Positions 1 to 14,800 are shown, numbered from the whole stretch's first letter. The stretch: 50,348 bases of DNA, filler included, from Bipalium vagum (GCA_037834085.1; 2 parts of 2 records of this genome joined end to end with filler, not necessarily neighbours in it); one strand, 5' to 3'. Notes: a model not told the origin generated them from the sequence alone. Numbers and translations: made by a program.

Positions 1-2799
1 CAAATATTGTTATTTTTGTTTTATTTTGTGTTTTTTTGGTCAATTTTTTATTTTAAAAGTCAATAAAATCAATTTTATAGGTCAATTTTTAGAATTTTTA
101 GGTCAATAAGTTAGGTGAATTTTGAAATTTTATAGGTCAATTTTTTGTGGGCCCTGGTCATTATACAAAGTAACATTTGATTTGATTTTTAATTTTTTTT
201 AGCTATGATGGTAAATAAAGGCCGTTGTGCATAAAAGTCGACAAAACTGTCAGATGCAAAAATATATTAAAGTTAAAAAATGTAAGTTAAAATTGAACTT
301 TACTAATGAGAGCAGTACTCTAAAGACAAAATTTTTAAAAATTAAAGTTAACTTAAATCGATTAAGACTGGGGAGTGAAATATGACTAAATGGATAGGGT
401 TCACAAATATGGAGAGATTTATATATCTGCTCCTTTTTTATTCATTAACACAAATGATTACTTGGTTTCCTTGTCGTTTTTATAACGTTCTCACTTTCTG
501 ATGTCTGCAAAATTTCATCAGTTATCCCCTTAATTTATTCCTGATTTTTGCCAGAAATAAAAAATTATAATTTGTTTAGTTTCAAATTAAATAAAGATTC
601 ATATCACTTTGTTAAAAAAAATTTTATAATCTTAGCAAAATCTTCAAAACTGTAGTTTATTTTTTCATTACTAGTTGGTGTATGAAATCTGTACAATAAT
701 CGAGTAAAATATGTTTTTTTCAAAATTACAGTTAGCACCTGAAAATCACAGTAAAAGCAAAATGATCTAGTCTTAATGTTTGATATCAATTAGTCATTAA
801 ACGGATAAAATAACATTAAAGAAAAACTTGGAAAGAATGTAAATTAATACAGTAACAATTATAAAAATAACACTGAATAATGAAAATAAAAAAAGAAAAT
901 ACTCAACACTTGTGAAAATGTTTGTCAGTCGATCCAACGGTTGGATCAATTGTGGTCGGGCTCCAGGGACCAAAGAGCAATCCTGTTAAGTCACTTTAAA
1001 AGAAATTGATTAAAAAGTACAATAGATGTCTTGCAAAAATTCTGTCTGATAATTAATACAAAACTCCTGTCCTAAATAAAAGTTCTTACGGAAATCTGCA
1101 GAATAAAACAAATTTCTTTTAATAAAATAGAATGAAACTTTTTTCTTGTTTTTGGATCTAATTATTAACTTAAAATATCCATACTTACATCTAGGCCACA
1201 AATTCGAATGTTGGGGTTCAAAAAAGTCCGGAAAATAATATATTAACATTTTTCTCAACACATGATAGTTTGCCGAAATATTATGGCAATGTATTTAGGG
1301 AAAATGATTTATTAACAGACCATAATTGGGGACTGAAATGATTTGTTATTTTTATGAAAATTTCTAGAAATTTCTAAATTTTTATTATATTTATATATTT
1401 AAATTTTTGCATTAGTATATTAATCATTGTTTCAGAGGTCTTCACAATCGACCCATTTATGTATTCTCCTAGTAACCCAACAAAATTAAAAAATTACGTA
1501 ATACATTTACTTAAAAAGGATTTACTTAATTTTTTCAATTTAGAATAATAATTGTCTGTATAGTTTGAATTGAATCTTAATTAATTAATTTAATAAAAAT
1601 TACTATATTCTTAGTTCTTTTTGCTTAGTTTTTAGAAGATATATAACTTTCGACTTTTAATGTCATTTATCTTGTTGTTAGTATGAATCATTTAGTTTAA
1701 ACTCGATTGATCTTTACATCATTTAGTGAAAACAAGTATAAAGAATAATTATATTGGAATATGTATACTGAAATAATTATGAGAAATAATAATTCAAAAT
1801 ATTCAGACATTGTGGTGACAAATGATAATGAATTTGTTTCAAAATCATCTAACAGGAAAGTATGAATCCATTGATATTGTCGGAATCAAAGAGAAAAAGA
1901 AGATAAAATATAATAATGAATTTAATTGTTAGGTAATCTTTAAAAATATTAATATTTAACTTTGAAAATATTATTAAACTAATTTTATAATTTTCAAAAA
2001 TAAAATAAAAGTTAAAACTTTAAAAGTTTTATTGATGGATAGTTATCTATAATTTAATAAACAGAAGTGGCGTCATAAATATGATTACGCCAAAGAAAAT
2101 AAATATATGTATGTCGTCAATAAGTATAAATTTATTCAAAAATATATTGAAAACAGGCGACTTAAATCATAATTTGATCGTTTTGAAACAGAAGGTTTAT
2201 ATCATAACTAAAGGTTATCTTTAAAAGAGAAAGCATTTAGAAAAGAGTTTATCAAAAGCATTGGGTAGCGAAGAATATACGTAGGTGAATTATCATATAT
2301 ATACAAATACTAATTAACTTTCAAGCGCAGAACCTGAATATCACTTTCCGTTTCTGCTTTTATTTAAATAAATTTTTCTAGTTTCTTTTTTCGCTTTTTT
2401 AATTTTTGACATCTACGTTCAGTATTAAAAAATTAGGACGTAATTCATTATAACTCTACGTCAGTTTAGATATCGAATATAATTAATAATTATAAATAAT
2501 GTTTTTAATTAAAAAAAAGTATTAATAAAATTTTATATTAAAATATTTTTATCTTGTTATCATTGATATATACCTTTAAGCTAATTTATAATACTCAATT
2601 AACTTTAATATTTTGTTTAAGTTAATACCAGAAAAATAAAAGTATGATTATCTTTTGAATGTTCTGAAATTTACAATTTTTTGTGTTATTACAAATTTCT
2701 AACTTTATTTATTAAAATATTTTATAAATGGATTTTGTCTAATTTAATTTCTTAATTTTTTTCATTCTATTTGTTGTTAACATTATTGTTTGACGAATA

Positions 2800-2863
2800 A
2801 TGGAAAAATTTGTAACTGATTTAGACAAATTATTAGATGAATTTGAAAATGAAGACCTTTCAA
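2800..2863 (+). CDS. ZFYVE9: SARA-like exon 1 (MEKFVTDLDKLLDEFENEDLS), not in ORF track
   Basis: ATG at 2800, conserved family N-terminal motif, donor A|GTATGA at 2864 (phase 1) in frame with acceptor TTTCAG at 2983. Confidence 0.88.
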
Positions 2864-5800
2864 GTATGATTGACATTTCAAATAAGACTTAATAATAATC
2901 TTTAAACTTTTCTTGAAACTTAAATTTATATATATAATTTTAAAATATTTACCTAATCTGAATAATGAAATGTGTTATTTCAGATTCTTCTGCGTATATT
3001 TCTATAACGTCAAACACAGGTTGTCCTGCTGAAATATCAATTAATCAGAACACAGATAATTTCCAGGAAAATAGTACTGATTTCAATAATCTGAATTGTG
3101 GTGAAATAATTGATAGTGATAAGGGTAGCATAAATATTGAATATAACAAAAATTCAATTGAGGAGATAGAAAGTCATTTAAATAAAGAAAAGTTGATATC
3201 AAACTGCACAGATAATGAAGTACCAGAAAACGTAACATCTATGGAAAATCAGATACCAGAAATTGCAACAACTGATTCTAATGTAATTGTCGACCGGAGT
3301 GGCGATGGCAGTGCTTATTCTGATACCTTTTCAAATTTACACGTACCTCCTAAAAAGAAATTAAGACCAAATAGTTTGTTTGGACTATCGAGCATCACCA
3401 CATCGGAAAATGTTGAAAATAATTTCAATCAGAATCAAACAATTTCCAATGCATGTGAAATCTCCAACCAAGGGTCTCCTGATTCTTCATCAGTGAATAC
3501 AAAAATAATCAAACGACACGTGCCTTCAAATATGACGAGACCCGATGAAAATGATATAATTGTACCAAATATTCAAGTAAACAATGAAAATCTAGTACCA
3601 ATACCGGAACATATATCTGTTATACCTCAGGATATTGGTAAATCTAATAATTATTTTGATTTAATGTCTATCCTAAATAAGCCCACTTCCTCTGGAAATA
3701 AAATGTAGTCTTCTTCTGTAGTAATGTCCTAAACTTAACCGACCATGATAATATTAAAAAAATGTTTTATGTGGAATTTCTTTAAAAAATACATTTACAA
3801 TAGTTATTGATTTTATAAACTTCTGACTCTATTGAAAGAAAGAATTAAAAAAGAAAATACTAAATAAATTTGGTTAAAACAATTTATCAATTTCTAGAGT
3901 TATATGCTTTTGTAAGAATTTGAATACAATTTCTAAATCGATATTTTTTCTTGATAATTAACGCCAGAAGTTCAAAATTTCAAGTTTATCCCCCAATACG
4001 TGACACTGATATTCAAAATTCATACGTGAGTTTTATTCAGCTAAAAAGAGCTCTCAACTGACAAGGGAAGAGCATAATTTGACACACACCGAAACCATCG
4101 ATAGCACAAGCAGTGCCTGGCAAGGTATTCCGATTGAAGAGCTGGGAAAAAAGGAGCCAACGTGGATTAAAGATGATCTTACCAACAATTGTATGCAATG
4201 TCACGAACTATTTACAATGTTCAGGAGGCGACATCATTGTCGGGCCTGTGGCCGATTGCTATGTGGCAAATGTTGTTGTTGGCGGATACAGTTGCAATTT
4301 AGTAACAGATTTTTTCCCAAAGATCGTGTATGTGCAGTATGCTTCCAACATCTCATAAGAAGTTAGTTGGATTATTTTTCCTTTGAGTAGATATGATATT
4401 GATTGACATACTTTTATATAATATCAAAAGAAATTTGAGTAATACATATATTTATAATATGAATTTATAATTAAAAATAAAATATTAATGATAACAAAAT
4501 AATTATTATATTTAATAAATACTCAAAAAAATTTATTGATTTTTCTCGGTCCACTACAAAATATGAAGTTTAACTTTTTTAAATCTAAAACAGTCTTATT
4601 TATAATTTTAAATAATTATGGATTTAATAAAGGTTTTTATGTTGGCAACAATTATCAGGAATAATTAAGGCAGAATTAAAGCGTATAATAATTTCAGTTG
4701 AAGTAGCTAAAAAGCAGAATCAAAGTCTGACAATTTCTAATTTGCAGCCACAAAACAGTGTTCTAAAAGTAACACAACGGCCTCAGTCATTGGCCATATC
4801 TCCTTTTTATAATTCTGATAATCTGTCGATTTCTGATTCGTCGAACAATTCTTCAAATCAATCGAAATCCGTTATATTTTTCGATGGAATTCGACCCGGT
4901 GGCGATTTAATGGAAACGGAAAGTATGTCCACTATCAATAAATGTTTTTATAGGAAAAATTCTATTTAATTCTAGAATCCAGGATTATTACTCCAACCAA
5001 ATATCATTCTACTCAAAACAAAACTGTCCATTGTGAGTCGCGGCCCGTACAAATGAGTCGAGAATCTTCATTTCTGGATCAAGGAGATGTGAAAAACTTT
5101 TTACCTCCTTCAGTGATCGAATATAAACAAAGTGATGAAATTATATTTCTTTAAAAATGAAATGAATACGAATGAAATTCGATAAAAAATGTTTTAGTAA
5201 AACTTTTGACCATTTTTAAATAATTACACTCATTTCCAGTTGATCGGAAATGACATAATTTGCTATTTATGTGGTTTGGAAATCGGGTACCATAATAATG
5301 ATTTTAAATGATTGAAGTGATTGCAAAATTATTATTATTATGGACGGTGTTTAAACTTGGTAAATCAAAAGATCGATAAACAATTAAATTGACAGGCTGG
5401 TGTGAACTGGCACCCGAAAGTGTAAATGAATTTTGGAATAATTTTGTGGTCTTGTCTTAAATTTTCTTCTAATAAGAAATGATCAATAGCTTTTTAATTA
5501 ATGATTGTGATGATCATTTAATAAAAATTAATTTTAAATATTTTTCTAATAAAAATAATATATTAGGTTATAAAATATTCGAATTAATCTTGATAATTAA
5601 GTAGACAGTGGTTTTAGAATTTTATATTTTGGCCAATTCAAAACTAAGATATTTTCTTATAAATTTATTATTGATTATAAATATGTAATTGGAAATTATT
5701 TTTAAAGAAATACTTATTTTAATGGTTTTAATACTAGATTATATTACATATTATAAAATTGTTTTCAATTTTTATTAATTTTTGATTTGGAACTGGATAT

Positions 5801-8800
5801 AAATTAGACAGAAAGCAGTACATCATTTAAAGTTTGGCTTATATTTTCCGATAGACCCAATAAGTTATAGGATTTCCTGTAATAAACTTCTCATTTTTAT
5901 CCTAAAACTAATTATAAGTTACATTTGTTGTAAAACTTCGAAAAATTATCTTTCCATTACAATTTTGTAAATATATATCTCCAGTATAGCTATTAAGATT
6001 CACAAATGATAATATTGTTGAGAATGAAGTAAAAGGTTTTGAAATTTAATTTTTAAATCAAATTTATTATTTAATCAGACTCTGCACTTGGATGATTTTT
6101 ACAGCTGGATTTTCTCTTTGAGGGTCTAAAATCAAATAAAAGTCATTAATTTTAAAAATTTATTGAAAATCAATAAATACAAAATTGACTACACATCTTC
6201 CCTTTCAAATTCTCAATAAAATAGTTCGATTTTATTTCTTATAACTTTTTTGGCTAACTGACTGATTAATTTCTGGTTAGGTCAACATTTTCAAACACAA
6301 AATTAATCTTTCAGATAATGTTACATAACCGGAAATATAGTTTCACATTTGTTTTACTGTATACATTGTAATATTAAATTCTTCTGTGTGATTAGTTTTA
6401 ATTTAATCTATTTACTCGAAACATACATTTTATATCAGGAGAATGAAATAAAAATATATAAATTATTTTTTTTATTGTCGTTATTATCATATTATTTATT
6501 TTTTTAACATTAATATTAAAAATTATATATATATATATATATATATAACTCATTCTTCTGTTCACATCCATGTAATAAATTTAAAAGTTTTCAATGTATC
6601 AGGTACGAGTAAAACTTTTAGAACAATGTCCTAGTATATGATTTTGATAGTTTATGATTTTGATGAAATTCTTGTATGATTTTTATATTTCCTGGAATTA
6701 TGTGAAATTAAAATGTCGAACAATTACATTAGAAACTTGATATTATTTCGCAGTTCTTCGTTACTTTTAGTTTTGGTTCCACTGTAGACCAAGGGTTGTA
6801 ATAAGGCAGACCCACTGTAATAAGAAATAATGAAAGTTATCCATATTTTTTACTCTTAAATTCTCATCGATAAATTATCTCTTTATTTACACTTCAGAGT
6901 TGGTAATAAATTCAAATTCCGAAAATTTTGCTCAACAAACAAGAATTGCTGAAAACAATCCGATTATTCTTGCAATTACTCGAAATCTCCATATCCATCT
7001 GGAAATAATTCAGTTGACGTACTGTACCTGTACGATAAATCATACTCATACCAACAACGTTCAACATGGATGCGAATATGATAGCATTGAGTGCTGGTAT
7101 TTTGCATCGATTGGCTTAGAAACGATCGGGTGCGAAGAAGTGGTTATAATCTTGAAAAAGATATCAAATGAGAACAGCCCACCGATTGAAATTTTTCAGT
7201 ATTACTTTCAAATCTATCAAAGATCATATACAAATGGTAAATCAATTATGATATAATTATACTGATAATGAATTCTATTTCTTCGAATGCACGTCTCAGA
7301 ATCTATCGACATATCGATCAATAAATGAAAATCTTCCCTTTTAGTAAATGATTGAGTTTTTAAAATTGCGGAATTTTATTAATGATTAATTTGTTAAACT
7401 GGGTGTTTTTAATTATCAGTTCTGTATTCCGTAAAATTTAATCATATCTAAATAATTTTATTTAATTAAAATAGTTAAAATATTAGGTTGTAAAGTTCAA
7501 AATCCAACTTATTATAAACTAATTTTTGATACCATATTTCTCAACAATAAATAAAAATATTTATAATTACTATTTATTTAATTTTAGTAACTTTTTTTTA
7601 GTAATTTTTTGTTTTACTGATTAGTTTGATTTAATAATTTTGCAACATTTTAAATAATTAGATAAATTAATTTTAGATGAATACTGAAGAAATTCATATC
7701 AGGCATTGTTTGATATATGAATTTAGAAAGGGATCAACCAGCTTAAATGCATTTAAAAACATATCAACAACCTATCCTGAATGTAATCTGTCCCTAGATA
7801 AATGTCAAAGATGGTTCAGAAGATTTAAAGGCTGAAATTTTGATATTTCTGAAAGAAGGGGAGGAAGTTCATCAAACTTAAATAACAATGTTCTTCTATC
7901 TCTTATCGAGGGAGATCCTATGTGTACAATGCGTCATTTGGGAGATCACCTTCAGGTCTCCTACACTACCATTGAATGAATTAGGCAAAGTCCACAGGCA
8001 AGAGTTATAGATTCCTCATTGCTTAAGTGAAAATAACAAAAAGCGCAGATTGTTGACTTGTTCTTCTCCAAAGATTCAATAACGATAATTTTTTAAAAAG
8101 AATTGTAACAGGAGATGAGAAGTTGGTGTGGTACGTCAACATGATAAGAAAAAAGCAATGGCTTACTCCTGGTCAGAAGCCGATATCCACTGCCAAACCA
8201 GACCCTCATCCTCGCCAAATTATAATGTCTGTTTGGTGGGATTATCATGGAATAATATATTACGATCTCTTACCACGTAACATAACTATCACAGGACAGG
8301 TTTATTGTGACCAATTAGGAAGACTTAATGTGGAATTTAAAAAATCCAGACCAGGATTGATAAACAGAAAGAATGTCATCATTTAACATGACAATGTCAG
8401 ACCCCATATTTCAAAAATCGTGCAGGAAAAATTAGCATTAGAATGGAAAGCTCTTCCTCATCCGGCGTACTCACCTGATATCGTGCCTTCAGATTATCAT
8501 CTGTTCAGGTCTATTCAAAATTATCTGAATAGAAAAGAATTTTCTAAAGAGGTCGATATCAAAAACGCCTTGGACAATTTCTTTATGTCTAAGTCCACCA
8601 GTTTTTATGAGGAAGGAATCATGAATTTACCTATAAGGTGGCAAAAGATCATAGATAACAATGGAAATTACTTTTGTTAAGTTTCTTATTTTATCTATGT
8701 AAAAATTCATTTTTTAAAATAAATTGTATTAGTTGGATTTGCTTTACAACCTAGTTTATAAATTTTATCAATTATTTGTTTAATTAAAATAAAAATCAAT

Positions 8801-11800
8801 AAAAATAAAAAATCTTGAAAGTGAAAAACTCAACATTTATCTGAAATTTTAGACAATAAAATTAATCATTATTTGTTTAAGCAATTTTTATAATTGCTTC
8901 ACTTGTTATTTTGTATTCAAAATTTTTGTATCTTGTAATAAAAATTGAAAATTTTTCTCAAGTTTTACATGATTTAGGATATTTTTTCCTATTTTCAACG
9001 GCTTATTTATTAAAATAAAATTATTTAAAAATACAATTTTTGTTTAAGTGATTTGGAACCTTTATTATTAATTTTTATAAATAAACAGAAATCTTTTTTT
9101 AATCCATTTGTACAAATATGAAAAATCTTTTCCACGTTTGGTTTGGAAAATATAAGCCTTATGAGTATTATAATATATTTATGAGTGATCATTATTTTAA
9201 CATTATTAAAACTTACGAAATTTTATTAAAAAAGTATTGTGTTAAAATTTCAAAAATCAGTGATTTTATTTTTATTTATTCTTTTCTGAAATAGATTCAG
9301 AGAGAGAAACATCATTAAAGTCAGAAAGTAAAACAGAAAAGTATGGCATATTGCCTATCAAGATGTATTCTTCAAAATATATATTTCTGTTAAAAATAAT
9401 TAAAATAATTTTACTTTCTTTGATTTTGTAATACTCTTGAGATTTATTTCTGATACCAATATTTTTTTAAGAGAAAAGTAAAATTTATAAAGTAGTACGG
9501 TATTAGAGAATAAATTTTTTTGAAAAATTATGATGGTATTGTCCTTGTTTTCGTTCATTTTTAGGCTTCGTATAACCTCCCTAGTATTACAGTAATATTG
9601 AATATTTTACTAAATACTGCTTTTGTAAAGCAATTCTTGGAAGAACTTCAAATCTTACATTTTTTTATAATGCGTCTGACTTAGGACAAGTTTGTATAAT
9701 AAATGTGACAGAAATGTCGATTATTTATTTTATTCTTGTATATTATACATTTACTATACTTAGTGTTCAATAATCAATTGTTATAAATAACTAGTAATTT
9801 AACATTATTTGACTAATAATCTTTTTTTTTATAATAGAGACAAAAAATGATGGTTTGGAAATGACACTTGAGTTATTTAATGAAAAGAATACAAATCTCA
9901 AAGATTGGGCAGGTATTCTACATATTAGACCAAGTTTTCAATGTCTGGATAAATTACCGTTACCAAACTCATCGTTTTTAATTGGTATCTTGGTTCATCG
10001 TTGGGAATTGGCTTGGGCTAAGATTCTTCCTCTGCGGTTAGTTTTAGCGCTAGGAAATCAGTCTAGATTTTATCCTTGTTCCATAATTTCTGATCGATTT
10101 CGGTCGTCAGTGTATGTTGAAATCAGTCAAACGATTTTACAAATAATAAGTCCCGTGTTCATGTTTCCAAACAATCTCGAACAAGGCTGCATAGATCCAA
10201 ATTTCTTGCCAAGCGTTCCGGGTATGTGGATTCATCTGTTGCCTTCTCAGGAATCGATAATTCAAATACCAAAAGTCTCATATCATACAATTCTTGACAT
10301 TTTGTCCTATCGACCGGGTGATTTGAACACTTTAGCATTGGTAGCGTGTTTCAGCAGAGAAGCCGATTCTCATTTAGTATGTTGTCAAAACGAAGATTCT
10401 TGTAAATATTATTCTGGTGCAATTAATATTCAACATACCGAGCCCACCGTTACCGGTGCCACAATGATTATATTTGTCTCCTGTGAAAATAACATCGAGC
10501 ACGGAGCTGCAATCGTTGAGGATGTCCTTGTCATTCGACTAAGCTCTATGCAGCTGGGTTGTGTCATTAACAGCTTAAAAACTATGTCCAATCTCATTCT
10601 GCAATGGGACAATATTGCTACTGCCTCAAGATCATTCATTAAGATAGTTTGGACCGATAGTCACCAGTTCGCAGATATGACATGTGTTGAAAGGGTAAGG
10701 ATATTGATTTTTTATTTTTTCCATATATATCATTTTAATATTGAAAATTAATTTTCATCTTATTTTATTATAATAGTCTTTGTTAATTATATTAAATACA
10801 TTTAACATTTTTGTATTAAAATAATAAAATTATTATGGTTTTCAAATTGAAAGTTCTTTTTATTAGAAAAGTTAATGTTTTACACAAAATAACAAAACAA
10901 AGTCAATCAGATATATATTCTCCATTTTTATCTATAACCTCCTTCCTATGTTTGATAAAACTTTCGATGTCATTATCATTCCAGGGACTGTGTATTTTTC
11001 GATTTCATGAATTCTGTTAAACTTCATGTCACAAAGGAAATGTTATAAAGACGGAAATAGTAATCCGAAGACGCGATGTCTGTGCTATATAGAAGTTGAG
11101 GCATTTTTTCCCATTAAAAAGTTTTCAGCCTTTGCAGCATCACTTTTGCAGTGTGTTGTCTAGTCTGTGGTAATGAGAAATTATTTTGTTTCTGCTGATC
11201 AATGCATGACGTTTCACAATTAATGCATCTCTCGAATGTTCGAGAATTTTACAATATACATCGAAATTTATCGTTTGACCCATTTCAAAAATTCAAAGTG
11301 AATTATTCCTTTGCAATTCCAGAGGACACTCAATATGACCTTTTGACGAAATCCTGCTTTCACCACTGGTACAGGGGTTTGGGCTGGAGATAACCACTGA
11401 TTTTGTTATGTGGATTCTCATACATTATCCAATTTTCATCTCCAGTCACAATCCATTTGAAGAATGGTTCCTTTAAATGTCGGATGAATAATGAGTGACA
11501 GATTTGGAATCAATTATTCTTCTGTTCTGGGGTTAAATCATGAAGAACCAAACATCTCACCTATTGCTTTTGCCTATCTATTTTATGTAGTTCCATACAT
11601 TGCTGACACTACAGTTTAATAAAACAAATAATTCTTCTAATGTTTGTCTAGGATCTGTTTCGATGATAGTTTTTAACAAATCATTACCCACCACAGATTG
11701 TTGATGCCCCTATGATTTTTTCTCAAAACTGAGATCGCCGTTGCGAAACCGATCGAACCATTTTTGGCATTTGCGAACATCAAGTATTTCACCGTAACAT

Positions 11801-14800
11801 CGTTGGTATTTTTAGTAGCAACGGTGGCTCCAAATGTAAGCGTAACTTGGATATTTTTTAGTCATTTCTAAATATGTTAAAAAAATTTATAACGAAAATT
11901 ATTTTTTATGCTGGATATCGATATTTGATTTTAAATTGAATTTAAAAGTTGTGCTTATTATGGAAGATATAAAAAATATTAAAACAACTGTATTAAATAT
12001 TAAAAAAATAACTTTCATTTTGAAAACCCTGTTATTATTATGAACTATGAATTATGAAATTATTATTATTATGAATTATTATAATTATTCTGAGAATTTG
12101 ACATGCAATTTCTTGAAGTAGATTTTTATCTGAATTAGTATATATCGTGTTTTTTTAATATTAATTTGGATTGGAAATATATCTGGATCGAGTTTAGGAG
12201 TTAAACTTCTTACTTTTGAGATCAAATTACAAAGTAAAATCTTAATCGACAGCCATTCTTTTTCAATTGCCTTTTGAAAATTCTCTCCGGAAAGAACGTG
12301 TGGGGTTTATAAATTAAGAAGTCTTCGAGAAATTTTGCAAAGATTTAAAAAAGGAAAATTTTTTTCTTTAATTTACGAAAATTGATAAATTAGGATGTAA
12401 CTTATGTAACTTATATGATTTTCAATGAATCTTAAACTATTTCTATTGAAGATTACACAAATATTGACTGTTAGACTTTGATCACCTTTCCAATATAACT
12501 TTTCAATTATCCAGTTAAGACAGAACCTATAAGAAATGATTGTTTGATAATGCAAAGTGTATTTTATTTATAACACTGTTAATATGTTCTGCTATCATTA
12601 CAGGACTAGTTTTGAGTTATTTTGTGTTTTAGTTAAAATAAAAGAATTTTAAAAAAATCAATCTAAAATATTAAAATCGATTGAATCGGTGTATTAATAA
12701 AGGAATAGGTAAATTTGACCAAAAAAGCTTAAATCTTGTTATTAAATTTACTTTCATGCCGATTACTGTAAACTTTTAATGACAGAAAGATTATTAAACT
12801 AAAGCCTTAAAATTGTTTTCTTCATAAAAAACTTTAATTTTTTGACTTCCTAGATAAAGCTTGTGATTAACCATTAATAAAGGAAAGTCATTCATTTCAA
12901 AAATTTTCATTACTAAATAATCGTTTTTAAAAAATTGGGAATAAAAGATTCCAGAGTATAAAAATATCTATTTTCAAATTTAGGATTAATTTATTATTAT
13001 AAATTTTTTCTGCGTTCTGTTCAAAATTGTTCTTGTTGTTCATTCTTCGTGTAATACGCCTAATTTAGGTGGAATTGATTTTCTCTGGAAATTTAATTAA
13101 TGCTTCCGTACTTAGATTGAACAATTACAAAATTTTAATATTGTTATGTGTTAGTTTAATCAAGACAACAATACTAATACGAATGATAATAATAACAATG
13201 ATTATATATAATTTTTTTGTTTAATAAATAGATTTTTTAAATCAAAGACATGTGTTTAATTTATTTTGAAAGAGATACAATAAAAATGAATTTATACAAG
13301 AAGTAATCAATAAATTGTAACATTTTTATGATAATAATAAATTATATATTATAAATAATATATTAAATTTAGATTATCATTAATTTACTGATAACATAAT
13401 TCTAGAAATATTTTCCCAAACCTTGCATTGGAAATTAAAAACTTAAACATATTTATTTATTTTGAAAATTGTATAGAGTTGTACATTTTGAGTTGTTCAG
13501 TTGATAATTTATGCTTTGTAACTTAAATTTTTTATTATATTAAGTTTTTCGGAAGGTTACTTCCGCTTTTACAATGAAATCTAAGATTAAATATCCTTTT
13601 TGATCCAATACCTTCTGCCATATATCTGGTAATTTTAGGATTCCATCTGCATAAAACTTCTTTTCCTTATTTGCAAAGAAATGAGTCAAGTGCGTATGGA
13701 CACCTTCACTTGAGTCGAAGATTCTTCAAGTCAAAGAATGTTGCATGGAGCGAAATAAATGAAAATCAGAAGGAGCTAGATCGGGTGAATAGGGTGCATG
13801 TGGTAGAACACCCCAATCCAAGATCCTGAGGCTTCTGTCGAGTCATAAAATCTGTATGAGGTTTAGTGTTGTTATGCTCATGAACTATTCCTTTTCTTGT
13901 GGTCAATGATCGCCTCTCCAGCTTGATACAGTCATTTAATTTATCCAGCTGACTGCAATAAACATCTGAATTAATGGTCCTGTTTAGTGATAGCAGTTAA
14001 AAGAAAATTACTCCTTGTCAGTCCCACGATGCAGAGAGCATTAGTTTTTTTATCATGGATTCCCTTTTGAGGCAAACGTTGAGTTGGTTCATCTCTCCTG
14101 CTCTATGATCTCTTGAATTCTTCCTTGTCTATTGCTTGTTGATCGATGCGCTTGTGTGAACCGGAGCGTTGTCCATTTGTAGCCAATGAGGCATTCCTCG
14201 CGGCTTCCGACTGAAACCACGGAACTTTGAGAATCTCTTGGTTGAATTGGCTTAACAAAAGGCAAAATCTCATGGAACTGCGATATTCAACTTTTGAAAT
14301 GTTCTCGACAGACAAAGACATGTTTAAATGCGGACGTCAATAAAATTAACATACATGAATGAATTTCTGTATAGTAACTACCACACTCTGATAGTTTTAA
14401 ATGATATATAAATTTTTTAAAAATTAACATGCTTATATGGCTTGTCCAGAAACTTTTTAAAAGAACCATGTATGAATTAATGTAATTGATATTGAAATTT
14501 TTATTAACTTGTTCTGATACTTTAAATGGTGTATAAAAATTCAATTCAAAAAAACGTAGTAACTTTCTGAAAAAATTAATATTATTTGTATTTATTTAAG
14601 TTGAAGTTAAGCTTTATTTATTCAAATTTCTGACAGTTAATAAAATTAATATGAATCGAAACATTGTAATAATGATATCCATCAATAATATCAAGACTTC
14701 ACATTTTGGGAAATTTGTGAATTTTTCATCATAGAAAATTTCACTTCAATCAACTGTCCAGTTTAGATAAATTCATATTTTATTTAATCTATCGAAACGA

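Noticed and set aside
931-947. Palindrome GATCCAAC-G-GTTGGATC containing a Myb-like AACGG
   Set aside because: Isolated 8-bp arms with no partner, array or element context
1361-1375. Perfect three-unit heat-shock element TTCtaGAAatTTC upstream of the gene
   Set aside because: A rough estimate from base composition gives about 0.5 chance occurrences per 50 kb, and it lies 1.4 kb from the ATG with no other support
2965-2983. ATG 2965 as the gene start, as in the ORF track
   Set aside because: It lies in intron 1; the conserved N-terminus is encoded at 2800..2863 and splices in frame to 2984
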